Source of the DNA: Patescibacteria group bacterium
Lineage (GTDB): Bacteria; Patescibacteriota; Minisyncoccia; Phycocordibacterales; GCA-2747955
Direction: 5' to 3'
DNA: 64,000 nt
Assembly (NCBI GenBank): GCA_048538215.1
Contig: JBLYPV010000001.1
Coordinates: 397,499-461,498 of the forward strand
Made by a program: the position numbers and the translations under genes. Each line of letters opens with the position of its first letter. Positions within the stretch are counted from its first letter, which is position 1. The notes beneath the pieces are model-generated. The model saw only the letters and a program-made list of their open reading frames with translations. It made no database searches and was not told the DNA's origin. Below, in pieces: positions 26,968 through 37,145 of this stretch.

Positions 26968-27484
26968 AAAAATCACCTCCTTCCTATTGATGAATAGGAT
27001 AGCTAATCTAGTAAAAATTGTCAATCATATAATCTGCTCTGATAAAGAGTGTAGATTCAAGCTATTCTTTTGATTTTCTTGTCGATTTCGTAGCAAATGA
27101 GGGTGAGGTTGTGCTGTTCTATGGGAATAGAGTTCCATGTAGAAACATCTCGCCCACCGCACATACAAAACAACGCGATGCGTTGTTTTTGTATTATATG
27201 CGACAGGCGATGGAGAAAGTATAACGATATGAGCTTTATACTAGTGCCAAGTACTGCATTGCTCACCAGATACATAAAAGTAAAATAAGAACCTTGTTTT
27301 GATTTGTACAATATAGGCATGGAAAATAATATTGCTTTTATAGATGGACTAAATAAAATGGAAATGAAAAAGGGCATTACTAGCACAGAAACTAATAAGG
27401 CCCTTTTTTCGTCTTACTACAGATACTAGTATACTTGTACTTAATAAAAAATAAATTCTTTGTTATTTGGGTAATTAGGGGTGT

Positions 27485-28240
27485 TTATTGGGGGCAATTT
27501 TTGGCGGGGCGGTAGCCAGCGGAGAGTGCTTCCTCTACGGTACAGAAATATCTATCTCCATCACTCCAGCGAAGGTATACGCGGGTGTAAGCATAGCAAT
27601 CGGGAGTGTAATATATATCACTTGAAGTGCCATAATCATTATTGCCCTTGATAAGACAATCCTCACGAAAAGGCTCGATATAATCATCATCTTTGGTACA
27701 AGCAGAGTGCCAGCCATAGCCATCTGATTTTGCCATACCCATCGAATTGTTGAGCAGGCGCTCATAGCGACGATCTGCCCCACGATTATTAGAAATTGCA
27801 TAGCCCTCTCTCACCATATAATTATTAACAAAAATATTATCTTTTTCGGCATCAGGATTATAAAGGAAGACATAGCGTAAGAGCCGATCGAATTCGTCTA
27901 TCGCGGTGGAATCTTTTTGAAGCATTACCTCGCGCCCCAAGACAAGAGATGAGAGCGCCTGAGCAGATTCTGCTCCGTAGCACTGACCAAGCTCTGGAGC
28001 ATTTATGCCCAAGAGGCGTACTTTGGCTCCATCATCAAGCTCGATAGTGTCGCCATCGAGTACGCGGGAGACCACATATAGATCTGTCTCATACTCATCG
28101 CCCAAGTGGCCACCCGTGGGCTCTTGGCGGGTGACATAGTAGCCCCCATAGCCACCCGCGGCGGCCACAAAAGCTAAGACTGCATACATTACACTACGAG
28201 TATAGGGAGCACGGCTACCAATACTTTTTTTGGCTGTCAT
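27485..28240 (-). CDS. thermonuclease (SNase) family protein with C-terminal Cys domain
   Basis: RVLDGDTI, VRLLGINAPE, DEFDRLLRYV and C-terminal CLIKGN...FCTVEEA..AGYR. Confidence 0.92.
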   Translation of the reverse strand: MTAKKSIGSRAPYTRSVMYAVLAFVAAAGGYGGYYVTRQEPTGGHLGDEYETDLYVVSRVLDGDTIELDDGAKVRLLGINAPELGQCYGAESAQALSSLVLGREVMLQKDSTAIDEFDRLLRYVFLYNPDAEKDNIFVNNYMVREGYAISNNRGADRRYERLLNNSMGMAKSDGYGWHSACTKDDDYIEPFREDCLIKGNNDYGTSSDIYYTPDCYAYTRVYLRWSDGDRYFCTVEEALSAGYRPAKNCPQ

Positions 28241-28337
28241 AAAATAATTTTAGCATAGAGCAGAGTGAGATTGCAGTCATAAAACAACAAGCAGAAGTGG
28301 TGGCTTCTGCTTGTTGGCTTGAGAGATTTATGGAGAT

Positions 28338-28748
28338 TTATCTACGAAGCCCTGCCTCGAGAATAGGAAGCGATGCCTCGGTGGGCACATAGATTACATT
28401 ATTTGAGCCTGCTACACGATCAATCCATAAGTAGCGTAGGTATTCTTCATTGCCCTTGAGAGAGCCAGCGATAATCTCATTGGCTTCTTTTACTCCCTTT
28501 GCTCGCTCTACTTCTGCTTGGGCATCAAGCAGAGCGCTTTCCTTGCGTGCTTGTGCCTCTTGCACAGCTATTTGTCTATTCCACTCTGCCTCCTTGAGCT
28601 GAGCCTTACCAGCTAATTCCTTGCTCCAAACATTATACAGAGGAAGGATAAACATCAAAGCTGCAATGGTGCTCACGGTAACAATCGCTACGAGCCACCA
28701 TCGTACTTCTATTTGTTCGCTATTTTTTTGTGTGAAATATAAGCTCAT
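28338..28748 (-). CDS. membrane-anchored coiled-coil protein resembling an SPFH C-terminus
   Basis: TM helix, AEVERAKG..EANEII, YLRYLWI and VIYVPTEASLPILEA. Confidence 0.7.
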   Translation of the reverse strand: MSLYFTQKNSEQIEVRWWLVAIVTVSTIAALMFILPLYNVWSKELAGKAQLKEAEWNRQIAVQEAQARKESALLDAQAEVERAKGVKEANEIIAGSLKGNEEYLRYLWIDRVAGSNNVIYVPTEASLPILEAGLRR

Positions 28749-28894
28749 ATTGATTTAGTAACTGCTAGTATAGCTTGATTATAGCACAAAAGATTGTTTA
28801 CTATCACTCATAATGCCAAGAATTTGACAAAGAATATTTACCGACTATAATGCGCGAGTCGCAACCCCACATATTACCTGAAAGGAGGTGGAAT

Positions 28895-29365
28895 ATGCGA
28901 TTTTTGATCTTTTATGGGCTCTTATGGTGGCTCTTTTCGCCTATCGTACTCTATGCAGAAACGCCTGGTATCCAAAGCTTTGCTCGCACTCATGCTCCGG
29001 CATACGCGCAAGCAGAAATCCAGCGATTCTACAGAGAGTCGGATAGCTTTACCAAGAAATTCATCCGCGAGAACTGGCCACGCGCTCAATCAGAAATGGA
29101 CACAGCTGGGATACCAAAGAAAGACCAGGTGGCTCTTTTTCGAATTGTGATGAAAGAAAGCACCTGGAACCACACGGCTCAAAATCCAGACTCGAGCGCC
29201 TATGGCTACTGCGGTACTATGCTCTCTGCTCACCGCAAAACACTCACGGCTGATTTCAAAACTAATCCTATAGCGCAACTGCTCTGGTGCCACTCGTATG
29301 CGATGAATCGCTATCATGGCTACCGGGCAGCGCTTCTGCACCACCAACGCAAGAATTGGTGGTAA
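28895..29365 (+). CDS. secreted lytic transglycosylase (SLT/lysozyme-like)
   Basis: AAAGGAGGTG SD, signal peptide, IVMKESTWNHTAQNPDSSAYG, NPIAQL and C-terminal RY.G...NWW. Confidence 0.85.
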   Translation: MRFLIFYGLLWWLFSPIVLYAETPGIQSFARTHAPAYAQAEIQRFYRESDSFTKKFIRENWPRAQSEMDTAGIPKKDQVALFRIVMKESTWNHTAQNPDSSAYGYCGTMLSAHRKTLTADFKTNPIAQLLWCHSYAMNRYHGYRAALLHHQRKNWW

Positions 29366-29537
29366 GCAAAAAACATAGAGAAGTATGCGTATGGAAACAG
29401 AGCATACCAACAGGGCCAAGCCTCGGGATTACAACCGAGGCTTTATTTTTTTAATACAAAATCGCCCCGCAAAAGCTTGCGAAGCGACTGTGGTGCGCGT
29501 AGTGCTGATTTTCTGCTCAGGACTTGGCTTGTGATGA

Positions 29538-30383
29538 TTACACATCGGCACGAGCACGTGCTTCAAGATAGCTATCTACCGATGCTTTGATCTGACTCAA
29601 AGTGAAAGCTTGTGCACTCGGACTAGCACTGACTGAAGTGTTGGCGCTGGTGTGGCTTTGTAAGCTGGCTTCAAGCTCGCTCTTGGCATTCGTATTGCCT
29701 GAAACAAAGATAGACCACCAAGGATTGGAGACAATAGCGCGTATCTCTGTATCACTAGACGCTGTGTCGGCTTTTATTTTGGCGGTGCGATTGATGCCTA
29801 CATTGATAAAGCCAAAAAGCTTGCCCGAATCTCTAAAGCTAATCGCTACCTCATCATTGGATGCCTCTATTGCCTGGATGCGAACATCGCTTCGTGCCAA
29901 GCTATTAGCATATAGTGCTAAGTCCTCACTCGAATCAACTTCCGCTACTTGATCCACACTCTCTTGAGCATTTGAATCTATAGTAACGAGCTCGCCATCA
30001 ATACGAATAATTGCACTGGTATCACTCTGGGTGCGCGTATTGGCACTTTGTATATTCGCTATGGCTTCTACATCGAGACGGGGCTCTCCTTGGGCTTGTA
30101 TTTCTGCCTGTGCTCCTACTTGGGCACGAGCCGGCAAGACCTGCACCTCGAGTGGGCCAGATGCTTCGACCTCTACTGTAGGAAGACTAGCATTTTGATT
30201 GCTTGCTCTCGTATTGCTTACTGCTCTATTTTCTGTATGAGCTTGGGCTTCTCTATTTGCTTGATTCTCTTGGTCTCTCGAGGACAAGCTGAGATCAGCA
30301 TTCATAGAGGCTCCTACTTGTGCAAAAGCAGGGAGCGCTAAGGCCAAGAAAGCTACATATAGACTGCGGGTAATGTGTTTCAT
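29538..30383 (-). CDS. secreted Ala/Ser-rich hypothetical protein
   Basis: Signal peptide (PAFA), GKLFGFI and PWW motifs near the C-terminus. Confidence 0.75.
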   Translation of the reverse strand: MKHITRSLYVAFLALALPAFAQVGASMNADLSLSSRDQENQANREAQAHTENRAVSNTRASNQNASLPTVEVEASGPLEVQVLPARAQVGAQAEIQAQGEPRLDVEAIANIQSANTRTQSDTSAIIRIDGELVTIDSNAQESVDQVAEVDSSEDLALYANSLARSDVRIQAIEASNDEVAISFRDSGKLFGFINVGINRTAKIKADTASSDTEIRAIVSNPWWSIFVSGNTNAKSELEASLQSHTSANTSVSASPSAQAFTLSQIKASVDSYLEARARADV

Positions 30384-30526
30384 AGTATTGTTTGTTATAT
30401 CTGCCGTGCGCTCTGGGCTAATTGATAGTAAATTAATCATTTATAATATACGCACGACTCTTATATTATAAACACAGGGAACATATTGTCGCAAATAAGC
30501 TATCGACATAGATTGCTCATCCCAGG

Positions 30527-31531
30527 CTACACTACCCTGCGGACATCATCCTCTTTTGCTTGCTTGTCTAGGAGACTTTGGATTGATTCGACGGTGGCTT
30601 GGTAGATACGCTCGAGGGCTTCTTTGGTATTGAAGGCATTATGGGGGGTCACCAGGACTCGGGGATCGGCAATAAGCTCTTGATTAAGTGTGGCCATCTT
30701 GCCCGGCTCTCCCGACTCGAGGGCGTATTCATCTTCGAGCACATCAAGCGCTACTTGGGCAAGTATTCCCTTGTCGAGAGCCTCCTTGAGAGCAAAGCTG
30801 TCTACTACCTCGCCTCGAGAGGTATTGATAAATATACTCTGCGGATTCATTGCTTGAAAAATCTCTTGATTGATGAGGTGATGGGTGTGCTTGTTGTAAG
30901 GGAGGTGGATGGTGATGATATCACTCGATCGCACTGCCTCTGCTACTGACGATGCCCAGGTGAGATGGTACTCGTCTTCGAGTGCTCTATCTGGGTATAA
31001 ATCATAGGCAAAAATCTTCATTCCAAAAGCATTTGCTCGATGGATAACATTGTGCCCAATCTTGCCTACCCCGATGACGGCAATGCTTTTACCTGCTAAA
31101 TCAAAGCCCTGCAATTCTTTACTCCCTCGCCGAGAAAAATTGCCATCTGCTTGCACCGCTTGCTCTCCTTCAGGAATCCGACGAGCAAGCGCAAGCAGGA
31201 GCGCCCAGGTGTACTCGGCTACGGTGATTGCCCCGTAGGCAGGCACATTGTAGACTGCTATCCCCTGCTTTTTGCAGTATTCAATATCTATATGGTCATA
31301 GCCAGTGGATTGGGTGGCAATGGCTCGAAGATTGGGAAAAAGGGCGATAGTATCACTCGTCCATTCCGAATCAGTAAATGAAGATACAATCTCAATAGAT
31401 GCTCTATCAATAATCTCGCTGGGATCATATTCTTGGATTTCTTTTTCGTACCAATCAATGTCTTGTAGCCTTGAATCGAGATAAGCTCGCATTTCTTGAT
31501 TACTGGCTGAAAATATAGCAATGGTGCTCAT
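30527..31531 (-). CDS. D-isomer-specific 2-hydroxyacid dehydrogenase (D-lactate dehydrogenase-like)
   Basis: STGYDHID, GVGKIG, INTSRGEVVD, LDVLEDE and TPHNAFNT. Confidence 0.93.
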   Translation of the reverse strand: MSTIAIFSASNQEMRAYLDSRLQDIDWYEKEIQEYDPSEIIDRASIEIVSSFTDSEWTSDTIALFPNLRAIATQSTGYDHIDIEYCKKQGIAVYNVPAYGAITVAEYTWALLLALARRIPEGEQAVQADGNFSRRGSKELQGFDLAGKSIAVIGVGKIGHNVIHRANAFGMKIFAYDLYPDRALEDEYHLTWASSVAEAVRSSDIITIHLPYNKHTHHLINQEIFQAMNPQSIFINTSRGEVVDSFALKEALDKGILAQVALDVLEDEYALESGEPGKMATLNQELIADPRVLVTPHNAFNTKEALERIYQATVESIQSLLDKQAKEDDVRRVV

Positions 31532-31626
31532 AATAGTATTGTATATAAGAGTGATGAAAATAAAAGTGCCTTCTTCGGTGCCTTTCCCTACTCTACCATA
31601 GGATGGACCCGCTCGGGCGAATAGAT

Positions 31627-32595
31627 CTATGAGGGGCTGGTATCTTTGGACTCACTATCGCTTGACTCTACAACTTGCGAATCAGATGCGGGTGATGGAG
31701 AGCTTTCGTGTAGATCTACTGATCTTTTTTCAAACCAACGACCAAAAGCGCCTGATGAGTGCGGATCATCTTGGGCTTTGTCTCTCTGCTTGTCTGCCTT
31801 ATAATCGCTGGGTGATGGGGTAGCTTTCTGAGATCTAAAGGTGGTGTGTGATAAGACGGGGGTGTCGCTCGGAGTATACTCACCATGTATCATAGTGTAA
31901 GCATTGGCAAGGGAAAGCGCATAAATAAAAGAATCTTCGTGGAGAATAGGTGGAATATACTGATGCAGATCGCACACATTGCGCCATATGCGCGCTGGGC
32001 GAGTAGGCACAAAGCATGCTTCTAATTCATCGGCTGTCGCTTCGGCAGATTCTGGGAGTGATCCTACGATACGATAGACACCATCTTCGGTGTGATCCTC
32101 AATGTATTCTCTCACGCTCTCGATGGCATAGACTGGTAGTGGATAGGGATAGCTCTCGTGCTCGCGCCCCCGATGCATTAGCACGACTAGATCGGGTAAT
32201 TGAAAATAAAGGAGCGGGACAGCGCTACCATCGGTGTCTTTGGTGAGCGTATCGAGGGCACGGGCACGCGCTAAGGTGATGACTTCGCGAAAGCCTCCCA
32301 CCTCGAAAACTTCACGCCAGCGTGCATCAATGGTGGCATCCCCCCATGAGCTAAAGGCGATGCGGTGAACCCCCGTTTTCTCCTGTAGATTGCGGACTGA
32401 TTGAGCAACTTGGGTAAATTCGATAATTTCTCCTGCCTTGACTGCATCATAGGCGATTGCCTGCTCACCCCAGGTGCCTACCCTATAATAGTGATTCGTT
32501 TTGTAGGGAGCGAGCACTATAAAACGCATAGTGGTGTCGCTCATTTCTATACCCACTACAGACTCTTTGGGAATACGCCTATGAGATCTCTTCAT
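31627..32595 (-). CDS. hypothetical protein with PilM-like N-terminus
   Basis: VGIEMSDTTMRFI...AVKAGEI resembles the PilM start; the remainder is divergent. Confidence 0.5.
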   Translation of the reverse strand: MKRSHRRIPKESVVGIEMSDTTMRFIVLAPYKTNHYYRVGTWGEQAIAYDAVKAGEIIEFTQVAQSVRNLQEKTGVHRIAFSSWGDATIDARWREVFEVGGFREVITLARARALDTLTKDTDGSAVPLLYFQLPDLVVLMHRGREHESYPYPLPVYAIESVREYIEDHTEDGVYRIVGSLPESAEATADELEACFVPTRPARIWRNVCDLHQYIPPILHEDSFIYALSLANAYTMIHGEYTPSDTPVLSHTTFRSQKATPSPSDYKADKQRDKAQDDPHSSGAFGRWFEKRSVDLHESSPSPASDSQVVESSDSESKDTSPS

Positions 32596-32604
32596 ACTCT
32601 TATC

Positions 32605-33246
32605 TTACACAAGGAAGAGATACAAGACAATGAAGACAACGAGGACAAGTGAGATGAGATTGGCGTGGGTAAAGTAGTATTCGACCATATCTTTTCCAAA
32701 GCGGGATGCTCCATAAGCAAATATACCAAAGCGTACGCACTTGCCCATAAATATCCCGATGGTCATTGGAATCAGGGCCCCACCCAAAAGCCCTACGGTG
32801 ACAGAGAAGGCGGTCGCGGGCATAGGGAAAAATGAGGTGATACCAGCTGAAGCTCCGAGCAAGATAAGATTGTTGGTGATAGTGTAATTTATCCCTTCGG
32901 CCAATTCACTACCAATCAATCCAGAGAGCCAGGAGATAGCATCGATACCAAAAAGAGAGACGATTAGACCTAAAGTAAAATATCCTACGGAGGCAAAGAA
33001 GGAGACCACGATAGTGTGATACCACCAAGAAGCAGTAGGATGGCGAAGCATATACATAGCAACTACCGCCTCGGTAGGAAGAACGACTAAAAATGCATCG
33101 ATGAGCCCCGTGATAGGCAATATCAGCCACTTGAATCGGCCTGTAAGGGTGCCATCGAGCCAGGCGTAAAAGCGGGTCTTTTGAAAATCTTCAAAGGCCT
33201 TTTGAATTTCTGATTTTTCTTTGTGGATGTTTGCTTCTTTGTGCAT
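32605..33246 (-). CDS. YqaA/VTT-like membrane protein
   Basis: Multiple TM helices, DAF..LPTE and GKCVRF motifs. Confidence 0.65.
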   Translation of the reverse strand: MHKEANIHKEKSEIQKAFEDFQKTRFYAWLDGTLTGRFKWLILPITGLIDAFLVVLPTEAVVAMYMLRHPTASWWYHTIVVSFFASVGYFTLGLIVSLFGIDAISWLSGLIGSELAEGINYTITNNLILLGASAGITSFFPMPATAFSVTVGLLGGALIPMTIGIFMGKCVRFGIFAYGASRFGKDMVEYYFTHANLISLVLVVFIVLYLFLV

Positions 33247-33250
33247 AGAG

Positions 33251-33784
33251 CTAGCTTGCGCGGGTGCCGGGAGTGATGTAGGTATCTGGCTCGAGAATAG
33301 AGAAACTCTCATCATCATTGACGGCAAAAATCATTCCATCTGATTCATAGCCGAATATCTTCTTGGATTCTAGATTGGTGACAAACATAGCTTGACGCTT
33401 GACTAAAGATTGCGGATCTTTGAAATAGGGAGCAATACCTGAAATGATCTGCCGTGGCTTTTCCTCGCCTACATCGACCATAAGGCGGAGTAGCTTGTCT
33501 GATTTTTCAATTGGGTCTACAGAAAGAATAGTGCCTACTCGAATTTCGCTACGCAAGAAGGTGTCGAAATCTATCTTGTCAAGAAAAGCTTCGCGTGCTT
33601 CTTCGAGCGCTTCGCTTGTGTGAGTATAGACATTTTCTACATAGCTACGCCCACTTGCTACTACTTCGCCTGCATATTCACGAGCGGTATCTTGCCATTT
33701 TTCTCCTTGCTCTTGTATCTCTTCTCTTAGTTCCTGCGCCTCTTTGCTCTTGAATATATTTTTGATGGATTGGATGATGCTCAT
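33251..33784 (-). CDS. tRNA-binding OB-fold protein (MetRS C-terminal/Trbp111/CsaA-like)
   Basis: EIRVGTIL, SDKLLRL.VDVGE, RQIISGI, TNL and G.ESDGM. Confidence 0.88.
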   Translation of the reverse strand: MSIIQSIKNIFKSKEAQELREEIQEQGEKWQDTAREYAGEVVASGRSYVENVYTHTSEALEEAREAFLDKIDFDTFLRSEIRVGTILSVDPIEKSDKLLRLMVDVGEEKPRQIISGIAPYFKDPQSLVKRQAMFVTNLESKKIFGYESDGMIFAVNDDESFSILEPDTYITPGTRAS

Positions 33785-33873
33785 ACAATGATGTAAAAAT
33801 TAAAACATAATAACATTTGGATTATAGCATGAGTGGCTCTATTCGCTCTAGTGGATTTGTGTAGTGAGGGGGC

Positions 33874-33912
33874 TTGGGGTGGGGGGCGCGCCGAAGGCGC
33901 GCCCCCCTCCAA
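33874..33912. repeat. GC-rich hairpin
   Basis: TTGGGGTGGGGGGCGCGCC-GAA-GGCGCGCCCCCCTCCAA. Confidence 0.6.
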
Positions 33913-33935
33913 AAAGCTATTATTAAAACAAAGCG

Positions 33936-34367
33936 CTATTTGGATGAATCAAGGTATGACTGGAGAATAATGGCTGCTGCCTTGTCATCAATGCGCTCTT
34001 CACCTTTACCCTTTTGCCTCCGCTTGATATTGCGTGGGTTTTCACGCAGTGCTTTGCTCGTACCCCACTTTGCCTGACGAGAGGAGAATTGCTCGTTGTA
34101 TTGAATAATTGGAATACTAAGGAGCTTCTCTACTTCTTTTATAAAACTATCAATCTCTGATTGGATAAGATTATCTGTACCATCAAGGCCAAGCGACTTG
34201 CCAATAATAATTGCTTGGATTGCTTCTTTTTGTACGATATTGGCAATACAAGTGGGCGCCTCTTTTGAGGCAGGGATAATTTGATAAGGCATTGCCACCC
34301 TACCAGCACTATCTGATAGAGCGAGACCTATATGCTTGCTCCCATAATCAATGCCGAGGTATTTCAT
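33936..34367 (-). CDS. ruvX: RuvX/YqgF pre-16S rRNA nuclease
   Basis: LGIDYGSKHIGLALSD, NEQFSS and IDDKAAAIILQSYLD. Confidence 0.93.
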   Translation of the reverse strand: MKYLGIDYGSKHIGLALSDSAGRVAMPYQIIPASKEAPTCIANIVQKEAIQAIIIGKSLGLDGTDNLIQSEIDSFIKEVEKLLSIPIIQYNEQFSSRQAKWGTSKALRENPRNIKRRQKGKGEERIDDKAAAIILQSYLDSSK

Positions 34368-34368
34368 C

Positions 34369-34590
34369 TTATTTTGATTTAATACTGCGAGCTACTGTAA
34401 TAATCAAAGCAAGCCCGAGAAGCCCGAGCCCCATAACGAGAAGCCCGAGTGCCTCATACGAATAGGGAGTATTGGATTGCAAAGCCATCGGAGAAAGACC
34501 TGGAGTGCCCTCGCTTAACTCTAATTGCTGTGCAAATGATGCATCACTCGGCTCAGCAAACTGTACTTGGGCTCGTATATCTCGATTCAT
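34369..34590 (-). CDS. small membrane protein
   Basis: 73 aa from MNRDI, with a C-terminal TM helix. Confidence 0.55.
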   Translation of the reverse strand: MNRDIRAQVQFAEPSDASFAQQLELSEGTPGLSPMALQSNTPYSYEALGLLVMGLGLLGLALIITVARSIKSK

Positions 34591-34708
34591 ATTTGTAGTA
34601 TAACAATAAAATAATAGATTGAGATAGGGGTGAGTGCTGGAGCCGGGGCGAAGCCCCAGCTCCAGCACTCGGAAAAATCACTCAGGTACTTCCTACTTTC
34701 TATAATAA

Positions 34709-35845
34709 CTACGAGTGATGGGTATGACTGTGTGGCGCTGATGTATCACCTTGCGGAGGATACTTGCGATAAAAAATTACTGCCAATACTGTCACAATGG
34801 GCACGGTAAGGACCAACCCAAAGGAGCCAATAATTGATCGTAAAAATTCGATTACAAATAATTCATTAGAAAGATGCATCGCAAGTGGCACTTCTTGTAT
34901 CCCCTGAGTGCTCTGCCTAAGAGGAGCAAAAACTATCAAAAATATAGGGAGTGCTACTGCGGTGTATGCCAAAACAAGAGTATTGACCAATGCGGCAGCG
35001 TGCTCACGCCCAACTTTCATCGCACGCGAAAAGAGCTGCCAAGCGCTTGACTCACGCATATCAATAGCAAATTCACGCACAAGGGCTGCCTGCATTACCG
35101 CCACATCATCTAAGACTCCCAGAATACCAATGATGATTCCTGCTAAAACGAGACGCTTGATGTCTAGTGTTGGCCCATAAAGTAATCCTAAAGTGCTCGC
35201 GTATTCCGACCCAGTGCCAGAAATGTCTCCAACAGTAAAGCTTATCAAAGCAAAACCAAGCGTAATCATAATTGCCAAGATACTTCCTATATAAGAGACG
35301 AGTGAGATAATACTTAGACCGTGAGTGATAAATATAGCAAAGCCGAGAATAAGCGCACTGATACCAACTCCGACATACAGTGGATCATACCCCGCCTGAA
35401 GAGCGGGAAGTAATATAAAGTATACTGATGCAATTGATACTACGAGAGCAATAAGTGAACGCAAGCCCTTTTTGCCTGCTACTCCTAAATATAGAATGAC
35501 AAAAATGATAAATACGAACCACATAGTACCCAGCCGGTCTACTTCTTTGATAAAGTAATCGTAAGTATTGGTCTCTGGATTGTAAGCAGGAGAAAAATAA
35601 ACCTTGTCACCAATCTCTAGCGGTGTGTAATCATTGTATACATCTCGTTTGAAACTCCCGTCGGGAAGCTTGATTTCTAATATTTGTATCTCCACTTCCC
35701 TCCCCTGAAAAATGGAATACTCGGTATCAATAATGCTACTGACTTGGCCATACAAGTAGTGCTCTTGCTCGTTTGGTTGAGCGCTAAGTGCCCAAAGGGG
35801 AAGTATGGCGGAAGACAAGAGGAGTAGGGCGAATAATTTTTTCAT
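34709..35845 (-). CDS. YibE/F family membrane protein
   Basis: GILGVLDDV, LVNTLVLAY and GSFGLVLTVPI. Confidence 0.88.
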   Translation of the reverse strand: MKKLFALLLLSSAILPLWALSAQPNEQEHYLYGQVSSIIDTEYSIFQGREVEIQILEIKLPDGSFKRDVYNDYTPLEIGDKVYFSPAYNPETNTYDYFIKEVDRLGTMWFVFIIFVILYLGVAGKKGLRSLIALVVSIASVYFILLPALQAGYDPLYVGVGISALILGFAIFITHGLSIISLVSYIGSILAIMITLGFALISFTVGDISGTGSEYASTLGLLYGPTLDIKRLVLAGIIIGILGVLDDVAVMQAALVREFAIDMRESSAWQLFSRAMKVGREHAAALVNTLVLAYTAVALPIFLIVFAPLRQSTQGIQEVPLAMHLSNELFVIEFLRSIIGSFGLVLTVPIVTVLAVIFYRKYPPQGDTSAPHSHTHHS

Positions 35846-35886
35846 AATCTTGATTATAGCACTCACAATAATCTGGCTAGGCCCTC

Positions 35887-36690
35887 TTATATATCAGAGT
35901 GCTGACTGTTGTGCTCGTGATTGTCTTCTCCCTCATTAAAATGCGAATGTTCGAAAAGCTGATTGATCCCTGCGATAAGCACCATGCCGATACTAATCAT
36001 GGCTAGATGTGTGATTATGCTTTTCTTTGAAAGATGGTGATGATGTGGAAGTAAATCATGCAGTACAATATTGATAAAAAAGCCGGCTGAAAGTGCTAAG
36101 AGTAATCCTTGTAGGTAGGTCGTCTGTGTGAAGAATAGACCTAAGACAACTCCTATCAAAATAGTGCTCGAAACAGCAAAATTGTATAAGAGCGCCTTGG
36201 TGGTAGAATATCCAGCTTGCCGAAGTATAAAAAATTCTGATAATTCTTGTAGAAGCTCATGAGTAGCTATAGAGATAAACACACCAAATCCCACCCAGGG
36301 TGAGGCAAGAAAAGCAGGCACCAAGACAAGCCCATCGGCAACATTATGAATTCCATCTGCTATCAGAATTCTTTTACCACTTGAGTGGGTGACCTCACAT
36401 TCGCTATCATGATGATGGTGAAATTGTGGCCATACTTGCTTGATGGCCTGTACTAAAGTGTAGCCAATCAATACAAGTGCCATGGCGATGAGGAGTGATC
36501 CGAGCAAATCAATACTCTCAACAATAAGGTATACGGCACTCAATAGTAATACGCCTGCAGCAAATGATACTAAGTATGGTAGATTAGCATAAATTCTGCG
36601 ACCAATAGTGGCTTGTATGCTAATTACGCCAACAAGAGAGAGGAGCATAATGGAGAATGCGGCAAGAAAGATAAGGGAGATGGTGTCCAT
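35887..36690 (-). CDS. ZIP family metal transporter
   Basis: SFAAGVLL, His-rich loop, DGIHNVADG and HELLQE. Confidence 0.92.
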   Translation of the reverse strand: MDTISLIFLAAFSIMLLSLVGVISIQATIGRRIYANLPYLVSFAAGVLLLSAVYLIVESIDLLGSLLIAMALVLIGYTLVQAIKQVWPQFHHHHDSECEVTHSSGKRILIADGIHNVADGLVLVPAFLASPWVGFGVFISIATHELLQELSEFFILRQAGYSTTKALLYNFAVSSTILIGVVLGLFFTQTTYLQGLLLALSAGFFINIVLHDLLPHHHHLSKKSIITHLAMISIGMVLIAGINQLFEHSHFNEGEDNHEHNSQHSDI

Positions 36691-36911
36691 ATATTCTTAA
36701 TATAATTACATATTATAATAATTTTGTGATTGTAGCAGTCATAGTATAGGATGCAAATCATTTCTAAATTAGAACTTGTATTTCTAGATTTAGAAAAAAT
36801 AATACCTAGTATCATACGCGAGAGTTTGATTTGAAACGTAAGCCAATTTATTATGCATTACTTGTTGCCAGCTATGTTTTTCTTGTTATAATGCCAGGCA
36901 CCATTCTATCT

Positions 36912-36998
36912 GGAGGTGTGGCAGAGAGGTCGAATGCACTGGTCTTGAAAACCAGAGACTGTGAAAACGGTCCGGGGGTTCGAATCCCTCCACCTCCG
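36912..36998 (+). tRNA. tRNA-Ser(TGA)
   Basis: GGAGGTGTGGCAGAG..CTGGT-CTTGAAA-ACCAG, long variable arm, GGGGGTTCGAATCCCTC-CACCTCCG. Confidence 0.96.
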
Positions 36999-37145
36999 CT
37001 CGAAAAATATATTGGATCAAACCATATTTTGTAAGGGTTAAAGAAATTACTCACAAGAGTTACTATTTCCGTTTGACATTTGTTATTAGATAATGCTAAA
37101 TTGTCATCCAAGCTGTACATTAAAGTCAAATCGAAAGGAAAATAA

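Noticed and set aside
27057-27386. 109-aa hydrophobic ORF
   Set aside because: AT-rich, runs through a terminator-like hairpin at about 27162-27194, and has no clear start signal.
36800-36911. 5'-half duplicate upstream of tRNA-Ser like those at His and Val
   Set aside because: Only scattered 5-6 nt matches, which is not convincing.
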